A DNA stretch of 63,593 nt, filler included, from Octopus bimaculoides (GCF_001194135.2; 6 parts of 6 records of this genome joined end to end with filler, not necessarily neighbours in it); one strand, 5' to 3'; positions 48,408 to 61,230 are shown, counted from the first letter of the whole stretch. A program made the numbers and translations. The notes: a model not told the origin generated them from the sequence alone.

Positions 48408-49018
48408 ATATTTACAAATTGTTAATATTTTACCCCTTTGCATTTGATTTAATCTCACTGCCATTGGATGTTCAAAATATTTAAGACATCCTCCCTGCAT
48501 GTCACAAAAACCATTTCATGAAAATCAAAGTTTATTGAACTGTATTTTTCAAATAATCTATCTTTGATTAAATATCTTATAACTGAAAAAGAAAAAGGGA
48601 AAAAAACAACAAAACCTTTTGAATATATAATTTTATCTTGTGTTATTTTATTCTGCAGGCTGGTCCTCTGTCAGATTTGTCTTTAGTTCTGTAATAATAC
48701 ACAGAAAAAAAAAGTTAGTTAACACCATAAAGAGTAAATTTTCTTTCTAAATTTACACATAGCAACAACTAAGAAAATTCAGGGGAAAAAAATCGATATT
48801 TCATGTTTTGCCTTTTTATGTCCTGTGAATTTTCAAAAATGTCACAACTAGAAACCATTTTTATCTCAGGTAAAAAATTTTTTTAAATACTAAACATTTA
48901 ATGATTTACCATTGACTAATTTGAACCTGGTTGCTGGCCTGAGTGTTATGTAGAAAAGCATATCACTTGAACAGCTACATCATTTATAACATATTACTGC
49001 TGGTTGTATGTGTCGTTC

Positions 49019-49052
<34 letters not shown>

Positions 49053-49055
<3 letters not shown>

Positions 49056-49199
49056 GGAGTGGTTAGCATTAGGAATGGCATCCAGCTGTAGAAACTCTGC
49101 CAAATCAGATTGGAACCTGGTGTAACCACCTGGTTCACCAGTCCTCAGTCAAATCGTCCAACCCATGCTAGCATGGAAAGAAATGTTGATGATGATGAT
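49053..49199 (+). mobile_element. SINE family C, 5'-truncated, in putative LRRC58 3' UTR
   Basis: GGAGTGGTTAGCATTAGGAATGGCATCCAGCTGTAGAAACTCTGCC...CCATGCTAGCATGGAAAG..GATGATGAT. Confidence 0.8.
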
Positions 49200-49912
49200 A
49201 TATATACATATATAGAGACAGACAGACAGATACTCTACATAAGTAAATATGTTGTTCTAAATTACCTCTAGCTAAATTTATTGAAATAAATAGGAAAGTC
49301 AGTTTGTGTTAATACTTCCCAACATGTAAGCGTCTGCAATTTTTGTGTAATGCTGCTGCAACCAAGCTTCATTTTCTTATTCAAGTCTAGTTACCTATAG
49401 AGATGAAGTTGTTGAGTCAGCAGTTGCATGACCTGCTAGAAAATAGTAACCAAATTTTCTAATCACACCCTACTATTTTAAGTATACTACACTGAACAAT
49501 CTAGTCTCTCATATACAACAAAAGTGTGGGATGGTTGCAACTAAAATGCCTTGGATCATAGGTTTGCTCAATCAGGGCTGACTTGGGGTTAAACTACAAC
49601 TTTAGGAGTTGTGAAAAGCAGACACATACACACAATCATGCAGTTAATATTTAAGAGACCATCTTCAAAAATAATTTTTGCCTTTCATATTTATTTTTCT
49701 AAATATATCTTCATATGTCATCAAAATTCAGCGATTTTATTGCATTTGATTTACTGAAGAAAGTGAATACAAATCAACTGAATGAATGCTGTTATTAAAA
49801 AGAAAATGATTTGTTTATATAGTAATTTACCTGTTATAACTTGTCTAATTATATTACTTTTAAAAATCCAATAATATTTAATTTTATTTATTTATAAAAA
49901 GAAATGAATTTA

Positions 49913-49918
49913 AATAAA
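49913..49918 (+). promoter_or_regulatory. Candidate LRRC58 polyadenylation signal (AATAAA)
   Basis: AATAAA followed ~10 nt later by CAACA, then GTGTGTTTT and a long T run (GU/U-rich downstream element). Implies a ~1.5-kb 3' UTR. Other A(A/T)TAAA hexamers exist, so this is not unique. Confidence 0.4.
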
Positions 49919-50789
49919 GTATTTACAACAGATTGGAGAGTGTGTTTTAATTTTTTTTTTTTTTTTTTTACATCAATTTCTCAATGCCTTACAACTGGAT
50001 ATCCTTCTTACAGATAATCACTTTGACAGGGAAGTAGTAGTGGTGCTTACTTTTTGCTCATTCAAACTCTAGCAGAGTTTATACCTCAGGGGTATAAATC
50101 AATACTCTTGTACTTTACTTTCATAACCTCACATAAAATACTCATGAAATTCAATATAAATTATTAAGCTCCTGTTTTATAACTTTCAAGACAAGCTTCA
50201 TGTGAGGATTTAGCATTTTCATCAGTTAAAAGAATTGGCTCAAAACAAAGAACACAAATTTTTAAATTTTGTTTCCACAGTTGGGCTTTGAATCAGAGTA
50301 GTTTGCGTTATAGTTAAAAACTGAACTGGTCACATCTATCAATAACATACCTGTAAGATTGATGGAAGAAGAATTTTTAAAAATACTATTTGCTAAAATT
50401 CTGTGCTTTTAGTAATTAGGGGACTTAAATTCAGTGGTTTTATTTGCCTAACTTAAGCTTTGCTCTCATAAGTAACTTGTATTCAAATCAAATCTGACTT
50501 GTAAATGAAACCAATAAAACTATCCTCATAAACAATGAACAAAACGAGTAGTCTCTACATGTAACTTCTAATTCAGTCTCTATATTAAGCATAAAGTCAA
50601 GACTGTATCGCAAGTCTAGATTTCATGTTTCAGATAAGACAACTGATACCCACTCATGTTTATAAAACTCTATAACAAAGAAAAAGTGGTCTTTTTTTCT
50701 TTATGAATTGTTGGCTCAGTGAAAAGGAGGCAACAGAATTTTCCGTTGATGATATGGTAGTAACAATGTTTTATAATGGCTATAGGCTA

Positions 50790-51785
50790 TATTTTTATCA
50801 GGAATAGTATAGTTGATTTAATTACCGAACTTAAGAATATTCATTTTATTGGAGTCAGAAGAATGAAAAGCAAAATCCATCTCGGTGAAATTTGAACTGA
50901 AAGTGCTACCATTTGTACCACCTCCCTTCTCTCATAATTTCTAACTTTACTGCACAGACACATCATTTTCGGCACTTGATGCTTTTCTTTTTCCATAAAG
51001 GGAAAAATGCCTCACAAGCAACCAAAGAAATATGTGCAGTTTACGGTGATGTTTCTTTATCCAAAAGAACTGTACAAAAGTGGTTCACACGGTTCTGAGC
51101 TGGAGATTGTAGCCATATTGATAAAGTGTGATCAGGCAGACCATCCATTACAGATGATGACCAAATCAAGTCATTAATTGAGAATAACCCACATTGCACA
51201 ACCCGAGAATTGGCAGAAAGCCTCAACCTATCAAAATCCGCTGTTCATGAGCACCTGGTAAAGCTTGGGTACACAAATCGCTACAATGTTTGGGTACCAC
51301 ATGAGTTGAATGAGAAGAACTTTTTGGATCGCATTTCCATCTGTGATTCACTTTATAATAAACGGAATGAAAACACACCTTTTTTAAAGCAAAATGTGAC
51401 AGGTGATGAGAAATGGATTATCTACTGAAATGTTCAGAGAAAGCGATCCTGGAGTAATCGACATGAGTCACCCTTAGCCACCCCAAAAGCGGGTCTTCAT
51501 CCTAAAAAAAGTCTTGCATTGTGTCTGGTGGGATTGGAAAGGAATTCTGTACTATGAGCTTCTCCCAAGTAACCAGACAATTCATTCTGAGAAATACTGC
51601 ACACAACTGGACGAGTTAAAAGCAGCAATTCAAGAGGAACTTCCAGAATTGGCCAACAGGAAGGGTGTTGTTTTTCAACATGATAATGCAAGACCACACG
51701 TTTCTTTGGGAACCAGACAAAAATTGCTGCAGCTCAGCTGGGGTGTGTTACACCACCCTCAATATTCACCAGATATTGCATCAAA
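50790..51785 (+). mobile_element. Decayed mariner, 3'-truncated
   Basis: HHFRHLMLFFFHKGKNASQATKEICAVYG...WVPHEL...VTGDEKW...LLPSNQTI..YC.QLD...VFQHDNARPH...HPQYSPDIA. Confidence 0.9.
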
Positions 51786-51859
51786 AGAGAATGACACAAC
51801 AGAATATGCTTCAACACACGAACTCACATAAAGAATCTTACAAACCAAATCCAAAAACG

Positions 51860-51892
<33 letters not shown>

Positions 51893-52249
51893 AGAGGTGA
51901 CTCCAGGTCATCAATGTCACTCAGGCTCATCACAGATTTCGCATAAGACACTTGAAGAATTTCACGTTTTCCCACTTTATTTCTAGCCCCAAATGATTTA
52001 TTTTTGATATCTAGCATTATATCTTTCTAAGTTAAGGGTAAAAATAAAGCAATCCTGTAAAAAAAAAACTGATCTTTACACACAGGTGCACAGAATAACA
52101 ACAATCAAATAATGACAGTGGAGTGCACAACAAACAACAGCGATCTGACAGTCGCCTGTACTCTTGACAAGAGATGCCAGCTAGTCTTTTATATCTACCA
52201 GGCTCATTCTTATTAGCCAGCGTTGCTGGGTAATTTTTCATTGAGCCAT

Positions 52250-52507
52250 TAAGTTACAAGGACGTAAAACACACCAGCATCAGTTGTCAAGCGATGTTGG
52301 GGAGACAAACATACACACACATAAATATTTACATACACATATATATGACAGGATTCCTTCAGTTTCCGTCTACCAAATCCACTCACTGGGCTTTGGTCTG
52401 CCCAAGGTTATAGTAGAAGACACTTGCCCAATGTGCCATGCAGTGGGACTGAACCCAGAACCATGTGGTTGGGAAGCAAGCTTCTTACCACACAGCAATG
52501 CCTGTAC
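52250..52507 (-). mobile_element. Family A SINE
   Basis: GGACGTAAAACACACCAGCATCAGTTGTCAAGC...GTGGGACTGAACCCAGAACCATGTGGTTGGGAAGCAAGCTTCTTACCACACAGC. Confidence 0.85.
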
Positions 52508-52518
52508 CTATATATATA

Positions 52519-53494
52519 CCATAAAAACCCATGTAATTTATGCACTTTTTTGCAAAAATAAAAATAAACTTTAGTGGGTGCGTAAATTACATGAGTAGAT
52601 TGTTGCCAGAATTTTTTTTGAAATTCTTTTTATTGCAAAGACATACAAAACTTAAACATTCGTACCAAAAGTTGACTCATTTAATGTCAGAATAGGTTTT
52701 TACAGAAAAAATAATGGCTTAAATATAAAGTTGACTTTTATTTATGCTGGACGGTATAATGCTTACTTTTTCTGTATTGGTTTCCTTAACATTAAAATGC
52801 CTTCCGGCAGTTCTATTGCCATGTTCAAATGCATATTAAACATATTTAATTTCTCCTTCCCAATAAATGATTCATAAGTTCTGCCCATGCTAACAATAAT
52901 GGTAATGACAAATTTTAAAGTTTGCTTGACATTTTATAAGTGTGAAAGGGATTAAAATTTCGATACTCTGTATCAAAAGCTCTGACAAGAACAGGCGGAA
53001 AAGAATTCTGTTTACATAATCAGTTTGATTGGTCACCTTCCTCTGTCATCGAAGCTGATGTTTATTGGTAATTAAACTTAATTTGCAACGCCTGTGCATA
53101 TTTATCAGCTTTGTTTTTGTTAATAATTCTTATCAACAACTTTTCCCATAATCGTGATTTGAGAAGACATACAGCAGTATGCTAAAGATCAGACATAATC
53201 TCTTGTGGGCAAGAAATGTAAAATAAAGTTTATTATAAACAGCACAAACACTTTGTAATTTAATAGCTTTCAATGTGATACCTGTTAAACAGAAATTATT
53301 TTTATTTAATGAAAATTTAATAAAATCTAATCATAAGTAAGTGAAATTATGCTAAATACAACTAAACAATATCGGCAATTCTGAAAACTTTTGGGTACAA
53401 ATTTTACATGAGTAGAAGCTTTTTTTAACAAATTTTATCCTGAAAATCACCTGTGTAAATTCCACAGGTGCACAAATTACATGGGTTTTTATGG
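52519..53494 (-). mobile_element. Non-autonomous pogo-like DNA transposon
   Basis: 27-bp TIRs CCATAAAAACCCATGTAATTTATGCAC / GTGCACAAATTACATGGGTTTTTATGG (1 mismatch), TA on both flanks. Minus-strand remnant YAFEHGNRTAGRHFNVKETN resembles the Brinker-type DNA-binding domain of pogo transposases. Confidence 0.85.
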
Positions 53495-53699
53495 TATACA
53501 CACAAGCAAATGTCAAACAATGAGAATGAGTGTTCAACACTGTATTAGTGGATAGATATTCTTTATTTGTGTATTAAGGCTACCATTGGTTTCATGTTAA
53601 GAAAGTTATGAATTAAAAAGCAGCACTAGTAACGTAAACATTATTAACTGCTTATACTCACTGTATGTGTTTTGTTTGCCAGTTTGATGCATTATAGTG

Positions 53700-53951
53700 C
53701 TTTGGGGATGACTCTGTCATGTAATCATAATGGCTCACTAGCAAATGGTTCTTACACTATTCGTATACAGTCATAAACCAGTGAGTCATTTCATCCCTGG
53801 TTTGACTCAAGTACATAAATATGATAAGCCATAAAAATGACAAAATATCAGTATCCATCACTCCTGGATGGGATTAGAGGTGAGTTGTCTCATCTGTCAA
53901 TAACTTTCAGGTGTTTTAACACCTAGTGTTATGAGGGAGTCATCCCCAGAG
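53700..53951. mobile_element. Possible old MITE
   Basis: ~21-bp imperfect inverted termini CTTTGGGGATGACTCTGTCAT / ATGAGGGAGTCATCCCCAGAG. No clear TSD. Confidence 0.35.
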
Positions 53952-55230
53952 TGTTGTATGGCAGTGAACCAGCAAACAAACAAAATGCATAGATTGACTA
54001 CTATGTATGTGTGGTTCATAAAGCTTATAACATTAGTGCTGCTTTTAATTTGTAATTGAAGATATAAAGAGAGAAATGTTCTCAAGACAATCTGATGAGG
54101 ACTATTAGATCCATGGGTGGTGTGAGGTTCAGCCCAATGAACACGGTGGTAGAATAATATTGCAGATAGTACCATGAAAGCTAAGAGATACAGGAATGGA
54201 TGAAAAGTGATACAGTAGAGAACTATATCAAATAGTTAAATGTCAGATATACTTAGAAGCAGAAAGCAAGTTGTTTACATATGTTCTGCAATGTGAAGAT
54301 CAGAGGTATGAGGTGTTGCAAATTGCAAGGCAATGTACTAAAGCTGAATCATCATTAAGGAGAAGCATAGATAAATACAAACAATCATATACACACATAT
54401 ACATACACGAAATGTGTTCAGCTATTTCTCCCCATACTATAATATATATTGTCATATAGCATTGTATTTTTTTTTTTTGTCATGACAAAACAAAGGTACT
54501 ATAGTAGTCAGTTGTGAATATTAGAAGAAAAAAAAAAGAAATTATGATAAATAGACTGTTGATTCTCCAACAATTAGTATTGAATTTCATAGTTTACATG
54601 ATTAGATTTTATTCCAGTCATATTCTAGAACAATATAAACTGATGACTGAAATGCTGAATACAGATGAATTCAAATTGGCATCAGCAAAAGAATCTGCAA
54701 CTGAAAGCAACCTCAAATAATACTCTTTACAAATTCATATTTTTGATAAAGGAAAGGGAAGTAGCTATTTACATCACAATTTGGTCATTACATATACGAA
54801 GAGGAAACTAAATTACTATGTGCAGTTTTATCATCACAAGTTCTAACTTACAATTTGTTTATATGACATTCCTGGATATATAATTTATTAATTCTTAAAC
54901 CTTTTAATCAGTTAAAATAACCTATCTCTCTAGATGTGCATATGTGTAAAATTTCTTATGATTATAAAAAGTTCTGAATAAGCATTATTAATTTTTAAAA
55001 TGAAAAATGCTTTTCTACAACATTATTGGCAGTAGATGCTTTTTATAGCAGTAGAAGAGGCTGGAAAAATTGCTTTATAGTGAAACAGTGAGACTTACTT
55101 ATCCAGTGCGGTCTTCTGATTGTAGTTTAGATTATGTGTATATGGCAGGCATTCCTTAGTATAACTGGTAAGGTGGTCAGAATGGCTCAAAGCAATCACA
55201 AAATTAAATATGTAGCAGTGACAGTGATTG

Positions 55231-55317
55231 TCATCATCATCGTCATCATTGTTTAACGTCCGCTTTCCATGTTATCATGGGTTGGATGATTTGACTGAGG
55301 ACTGGTGAACCAGATGT
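55231..55317 (-). mobile_element. SINE family C 3' fragment
   Basis: CATCATCATC..TTTAACGTCCGCTTTCCATG...GATTTGACTGAGGACTGGTGAACC. Confidence 0.75.
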
Positions 55318-56095
55318 TATGTGCGTGAGCGCATGTCTGTGTGTGTGTGTGTGTGTATGTGCATACACATACAGACATGAGCGCATGTCTGTATGTGTGT
55401 GTGTGTGGTATTTGTGTGGTGTTGGCTGTTTATATGTGTATGCGTGAGTGAACTTAGTGTCTCTTAATGTAGGAAGAATTCAGCAGCATGGTAACTGGAG
55501 TGGTGGTCCTTTATGTGGTTGTGTGTCTCTTCACATATGCATAGAGGAATGGTCAGTAGAAAGGTGTTTGACTGTCAGTTTGAAGTATGTGTGTGCGTGT
55601 GTATGTATGTGAGTGCATGTGTGTGTGTGTATATATACCCATGTATGTGTGTGTGTGTGTATGTATGAATGTGTTGTGTGTGTGGGAGGTATGTGTGCAT
55701 TCATGTGCATGTGTATGTGTGTGTATATATGTGTGTACGTGTGTACCATGGAGTTGTGTGTGTGGAGGTATATGTGTATTCTTGTGCATGTATGTGTGTA
55801 CGTGGGGTTGTGTATGCTAGGTATGTGTGCATTCCTGTGTGTGTGCTTGTGTATGTGTGTGCGTATGTGTGTGTGTGGGGTTCTGTGTGTGGAGGTATAT
55901 GTGCGTTCCTATACACATATATATACATACATATATACATGTATATATATACATCTATACATATACATTTATATATATTCATATATATATATATATATAT
56001 ATATATACATGTGCAGATGTATATATATACACACACACATATATATATACATACACACATAATACATACATATATATATATATGTATGTATATGT
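55318..56095. repeat. Degenerate (TG)n then (TA)n/(CA)n low-complexity tract
   Basis: Direct reading; includes a repeated TGTGTGTGGAGGTATATGTG motif. Confidence 0.9.
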
Positions 56096-56149
56096 GAGAT
56101 AATAGTTTCAGTATTAATATTGAAAGTGTTAAAACTGAAAGTATCTCAC

Positions 56150-56213
56150 GGTACTACTAAAGCAGCGCGGACTCGCACGCGCAGTCGCGCGTCCGCGCTG
56201 CTTTAGTAGTACC
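56150..56213. mobile_element. 64-bp Mutator-like MITE
   Basis: Perfect 23-bp TIRs GGTACTACTAAAGCAGCGCGGAC / GTCCGCGCTGCTTTAGTAGTACC, 18-bp spacer, perfect 9-bp target duplication GTATCTCAC (56141-56149, 56214-56222). Confidence 0.85.
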
Positions 56214-56347
56214 GTATCTCACATTACGATAAATTAATGAATGAATGAACATTCATTAATTTATTTATATGCAAGGACAATACGAACCATTGCAGAAATA
56301 CATCTTACCTAACGCATGAAATATGTGTGTGTGCATATATATATATA

Positions 56348-56512
56348 TATATAGCAATAAGAAAATGGAGGGGAATATGTGGTACTCATCAACTTGCGGA
56401 CATGGTATTATGTCAATTTGCCTTTGAAAAATAAACAAGCAAATTGTCATAATACAATGTCTGCAAGTTGATGAGTACGACATATTCCCCTCCATTTTCT
56501 TATTGCTATATA
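56348..56512. repeat. Long hairpin / fold-back MITE
   Basis: 74-bp arms (56348-56421, 56439-56512), ~4 mismatches, 17-nt loop, TA at the ends. Confidence 0.85.
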
Positions 56513-57020
56513 AATTAAGGGTAAAATTTCCTTTTACCTGCACCTATTTATTGCACTCGGTAAAAACACCAGTGTAATAGTAATTGGGTATCCTTCCGGC
56601 AGTATATTGGATAGATATTATCCCTTAGTGCATGTGTGTATGTATATGTATGTATGTATGGCTGTGTATGTATATATGTAAATATATATATATATATATG
56701 TGTGTGTTTTTTATATTATTAATAAATTCATAAACTCATCAATAATATACTCAGGAAATCAATATTTAATATTTTGAAAGACATACATCCAACATGACAC
56801 GGCAACATAATAAATTTAAAATTTAAAATATAAATATACGAAATATAAATATCAATATATATAAAAATCTGAATATAGATAAATATATGTGTGAATATAT
56901 ATGCGTATAAAAATTTTTGCGTAATTAAGCATGAATATTGTAAAGTCTAAAATATAAAATATAAAGGAACCTAAAATTTAAAGAGTTAAATATCTTACAA
57001 TCGTTTCGCGGATATCCGCA

Positions 57021-57235
57021 TATCTATATATATAAAAATGAGAATGTGTGTCTGTCTGTCTGTGTGAATCCCTAAAACTCGAGAACTACGCAACCAATTT
57101 CATTCAAATTTTACACATGCCTTACTTAGGGTTCCAGTTGTGTTTTAGTCAAAAAAAATTATTAACTTCTTGCAGAGTTCGAGCACACGGCAACATAATA
57201 TCTCCTCCACTATTTAAGTATTACGTGTCAAAAGT
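57021..57235 (+). mobile_element. Non-autonomous Helitron-like 5' fragment, second copy
   Basis: Begins TCTATATATATAAAAATGAGAATGTGTGTCTGTCTGTCTG; homologous to 32122-32330; cut by an assembly join. Confidence 0.5.
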
Positions 57236-57469
57236 NNNNNNNNNNNNNNNNNNNNNNNNNNNNNNNNNNNNNNNNNNNNTTAATTAATTAANNNNNNNNN
57301 NNNNNNNNNNNNNNNNNNNNNNNNNNNNNNNNNNNCACACACACACACACACACACATATTTATATGTATACATATATGTATATTTATATGCACAAACAC
57401 ACACACACATATATATAATGTACATACATATATGTATATATTTATATATTATTTTTTATCAAAGAAGTT

Positions 57470-59656
57470 CGCCACAAGTAATGGACCCAGGATGGTCACT
57501 ACTGCCGCCGAGTCCTCCATTACACCAATTCTACACATGAATATCGGATGCCTGTTGGAAAGCAACCGCAAGAGCAAAATTTCACATCTGGAAGCACTGT
57601 CTGCATGCAATCAAGCTATCTGTATTGCTCTCACAGTGACTAATCTGTCAGTAAACATACATGACGCAGTGATACACGTATCAATGTATACTGTGTTCCT
57701 TACAGACAGAAAAGAGAGAAGTCACGGTGGAGTTGCGATGTACATCAGGGAAGATGTCACAACACTGACACTGCTGTCGCATTGGAATGCGGTCTGTGAC
57801 ACACTCATAGTACATCTAAAGCAACTTGATGTGGTAATATGCACATTGCACCGCCCACCCGATGCCTCAAACTACGATGACAGGTTTGAGGAATGCCTTA
57901 CAAAGATAACAGTAGTCACAAAACTAGACCAGTGCCTTAATGTACATCTTATGGGTGACTTCAACTTCACCAATATTAAATGGCCCGAAGGTGCCATAAC
58001 ATCAGGACTGACACGAAAAGAATGCAATCAGGAAGAATCTCTAGTAGATCTTATGAAAACGATGTTCGTGGAGCAGACCCTATTTTCTTCATCCAGAAAT
58101 GACATCATCCTGGACCTCAGCTTCACAAACAATAAAGGCTTTATCCACAACATAAACATATCACCGTGTTCCCACTCAGATCAGAACTGGCAATATATGG
58201 TCCAAAGTTAAGTAAAGAATCGTATAATACTGCTGGATACCAAGCGCTAGCCAACCTGAACAAGGCTGACTGGAAGTCCATCAACAAAGAGATACTCCAG
58301 TAAATCTGGCTTAAAAGTTTGTCCATGCAAGTCACTAACATGAAATTCAATGAATTCATGTCTATAATGCGAGCCAAAACCATTAAATTTGTCCCAGAGA
58401 ATAAAGCCACCACACACAAGAACATTATTCCCCGAGATTGAAGAATCCTAATGAGATGGAGGATAAAGATCTCGAATCGCTTAGATAAGGAGCCTACGGA
58501 CAGCAAAAAGCCCTACCTCAAAATGGTGCTCTGAGAGACTGAGAATTAATCAGACCTCCCATGAAAAATAATGGGTAAACAGCGAAGCCAGGGCGGTGGA
58601 AAATACAAAAAGCAACCCCAAAGCTTTCTACAAGTTCACAAAAGTGTCTGCCACAGTGCAATACAGAATAGGGTTACTGTTTGATGAAAAGGGCCCACCG
58701 AATGCAGACTCCAAGAGTATAAGCGAAGCACTTAAACAATTCCAAAGTGTTTTCACCTCTCCATCAGAAAACATGAAAATAAACAGACTTGATTAGTTCT
58801 TCAACACATCTAACCTACAAGAGGAAAAGGCGTCCATGACATTACAGAAGAGAATGTATTCTGGAGATTGACGTGTTAAACCCAAATTCTGCAACAGGCC
58901 TCGATGGACTCCCAGGAACTCTGTTAAAAAAATGCAAGAAAGATCTTACAAAATCCACTGCAAATGCTTTCCCAGAGTTCCCTTGAATGCGGTACATTTC
59001 CTCAAACGTTAAAAGAAGGAGTAATCTGTCCTGTCCATAAAGGAGGAAGCAGAGCAGATGCTGTAAACTACAGACCTATCTCTCTGACCTCATATGTCAG
59101 CAAGAACATGGAACGCATTGTCAGAAAAAGACTGACCACGTTCCTAGAGGAAAATGACTTGCATACTTACACGCAAAATGGTTACCTTCCTGGACGGAGC
59201 TGCCTAATACAGCTGCTACAGCACTTCGACTATGTACTAAAACAAGAGCTCAACCATTGAAATGTAGATGTGATATATCTCAACTTTGCCAAGACCTTTG
59301 ACAAAGTCGATCATGGGATGATATGTCACAAATTGCGTGACATCGATATCGCTGGAAGACTGGGAGAATGGCGGCATGATTTCCTAAGGGGCAGAAGTCA
59401 GGCTGTCAGTGCAAATGGTGCTTTTCTGAAGTGACAATAAGTCTCAGTGAAGTCCTCTAGAGAATAGTACTGGGTCTACTAGAGTTTATGGTTGCACTCT
59501 CGGACACGCCCACAGCCAAAGTGTCAGCAACACTCACCAGCTACACCCGTGTTGCAAAAGTATGGTAAGCGGTCAAGGATCCGACTGACATCCTAAGACT
59601 GCATGGCCTGAACGCAATATATAAATGGGCTGATGAGAATAATATGCAGTTCAATG
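57470..59656 (+). mobile_element. Decayed CR1-clade LINE ORF2 (APE endonuclease + RT)
   Basis: Endonuclease: DRKERSHGGVAMYIRE...HRPPD...MGDFNF..IKW...RNDIILDL. RT: SNPKAFYKF...GPDG-like...PVHKGGSRADAVNYRPISLTS...GRSCLIQLL...VDVIYLNFAKTFDKVDH. Multiple stops and frameshifts. Confidence 0.92.
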
Positions 59657-59756
59657 NNNNNNNNNNNNNNNNNNNNNNNNNNNNNNNNNNNNNNNNNNNN
59701 TTAATTAATTAANNNNNNNNNNNNNNNNNNNNNNNNNNNNNNNNNNNNNNNNNNNN

Positions 59757-59805
<49 letters not shown>

Positions 59806-60379
59806 CGTGTGGGGTGGGGTGTATGTGTGTGTACATCATAATTACGCTTAGATCTTGTCAAGTAAATTGAATATGCTTCCCCAACTCGATCTAAGATCGA
59901 AACATGTCCGTCGCTTTAAATACATGTTCTATTCACATCCATATTTTTCAAATATATCTCATAGCTGATGTTATTGACATATTGTATTTTAAATTTTGAA
60001 CACCATTCGAGGAAGTGTTTACTTAGTAATTGTGAACGACTGTGAACTTTTTTCTATCATTTGAATTTTCAAACTTACAGATAATTGTCGATACATATGA
60101 AACCATCAAGCATAGATGTTTTGGTTTGTCTTTTATGTCTGGGATTTTTGATCTTTTTGTTTCCTTTTCTTTTGCTTGTACGATGACGTCAGTGAGTGCG
60201 TGTGTAACTGTGTATGTTTCTGCATTCACCTTTACAGTTGTGTACGTATTTTCATTCTTGTGTCAGCGTTTATACATCCGTAATTTGTCGTTTACAAGTG
60301 GATGACTTTCTTTACAATTTCAAATACTCTGTGCAAATATGTATATACTGGGGTGTGTATGTGTATATGTATGCTTGTA

Positions 60380-60411
<32 letters not shown>

Positions 60412-61135
60412 NNNNNNNNNNNNNNNNNNNNNNNNNNNNNNNNNNNNNNNNNNNNNNNNNNNNNNNNNNNNNNNNNNNNNNNNNNNNNNNNNNNNNNNNN
60501 NNNNNNNNNNNNNNNNNNNNNNNNNNNNNNNNNNNNNNNNNNNNNNNNNNNNNNNNNNNNNNNNNNNNNNNNNNNNNNNNNNNNNNNNNNNNNNNNNNNN
60601 NNNNNNNNNNNNNNNNNNACAGCATTTGAACTGTGAATCGATTAACTTATCTATATGTATGTATGTATATGTATGTAAGTATGTATGTATGTATGTATGT
60701 ATGTATGTATGTATGTATGTATGTATTCCTACATACATAGTTACTTTATAATCTTCCTTTTGAAGTAATAGACAGAGAAGAGTTGGGCGGTCTGCAGGAA
60801 GAAAGTTATTACATATGACATAAAATGAAAATGCAAACGAAAAGCACGCGAATACATCCGAAAATGATTCACAATTATGTATAGAGTCACGCTTAGACAT
60901 TTATTCCCGTCGCAATTACATATGAATATCTTAAGCATCAAGTATTCACAGATTATGATTTCTTCTCTATTTTTGTCTGTATAATTTTGGTATTTTGTAT
61001 TCGATAAAGATTGGGAAATAATGTTTTAACTGAAATTTCTGTACCACTTAACAATATTTTTCAAGTTTGTGCGCCTTTTGGATAGGTGAGTTCTGGTCAT
61101 GATGTCGTTGTTGGTGTTATTTAGACCCACTTGTT

Positions 61136-61230
61136 TCACTTAAGCCCTTCGATCCCTATGGGGCATACGCCATCAACAACTTTCCTCCACTCATCTCGAT
61201 TCTGAGCTGTCTTCCTCTCCCAGGTCTTAT
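61136..61230 (-). mobile_element. RTE LINE extreme 3' end
   Basis: AQNRDEWRKVVDGVCPIGIEGLK*. Confidence 0.65.

Noticed and set aside
54093-54120. CTGATGA-GGA-ctattaga-TCC
   Set aside because: Stem II forms but is followed by ATGG rather than GAAA; no stem I or III.
54514-54720. 68-aa ORF downstream of LRRC58 as a second gene
   Set aside because: No recognisable motif or partner exons.
60076-60330. Possible exon: IIVDTYETIKH on + (TRPML-like) or a minus-strand segment ending in a perfect GTAAGT donor
   Set aside because: The plus-strand similarity is 11 residues with no flanking support. On the minus strand, all three frames from the only good acceptor hit stops.
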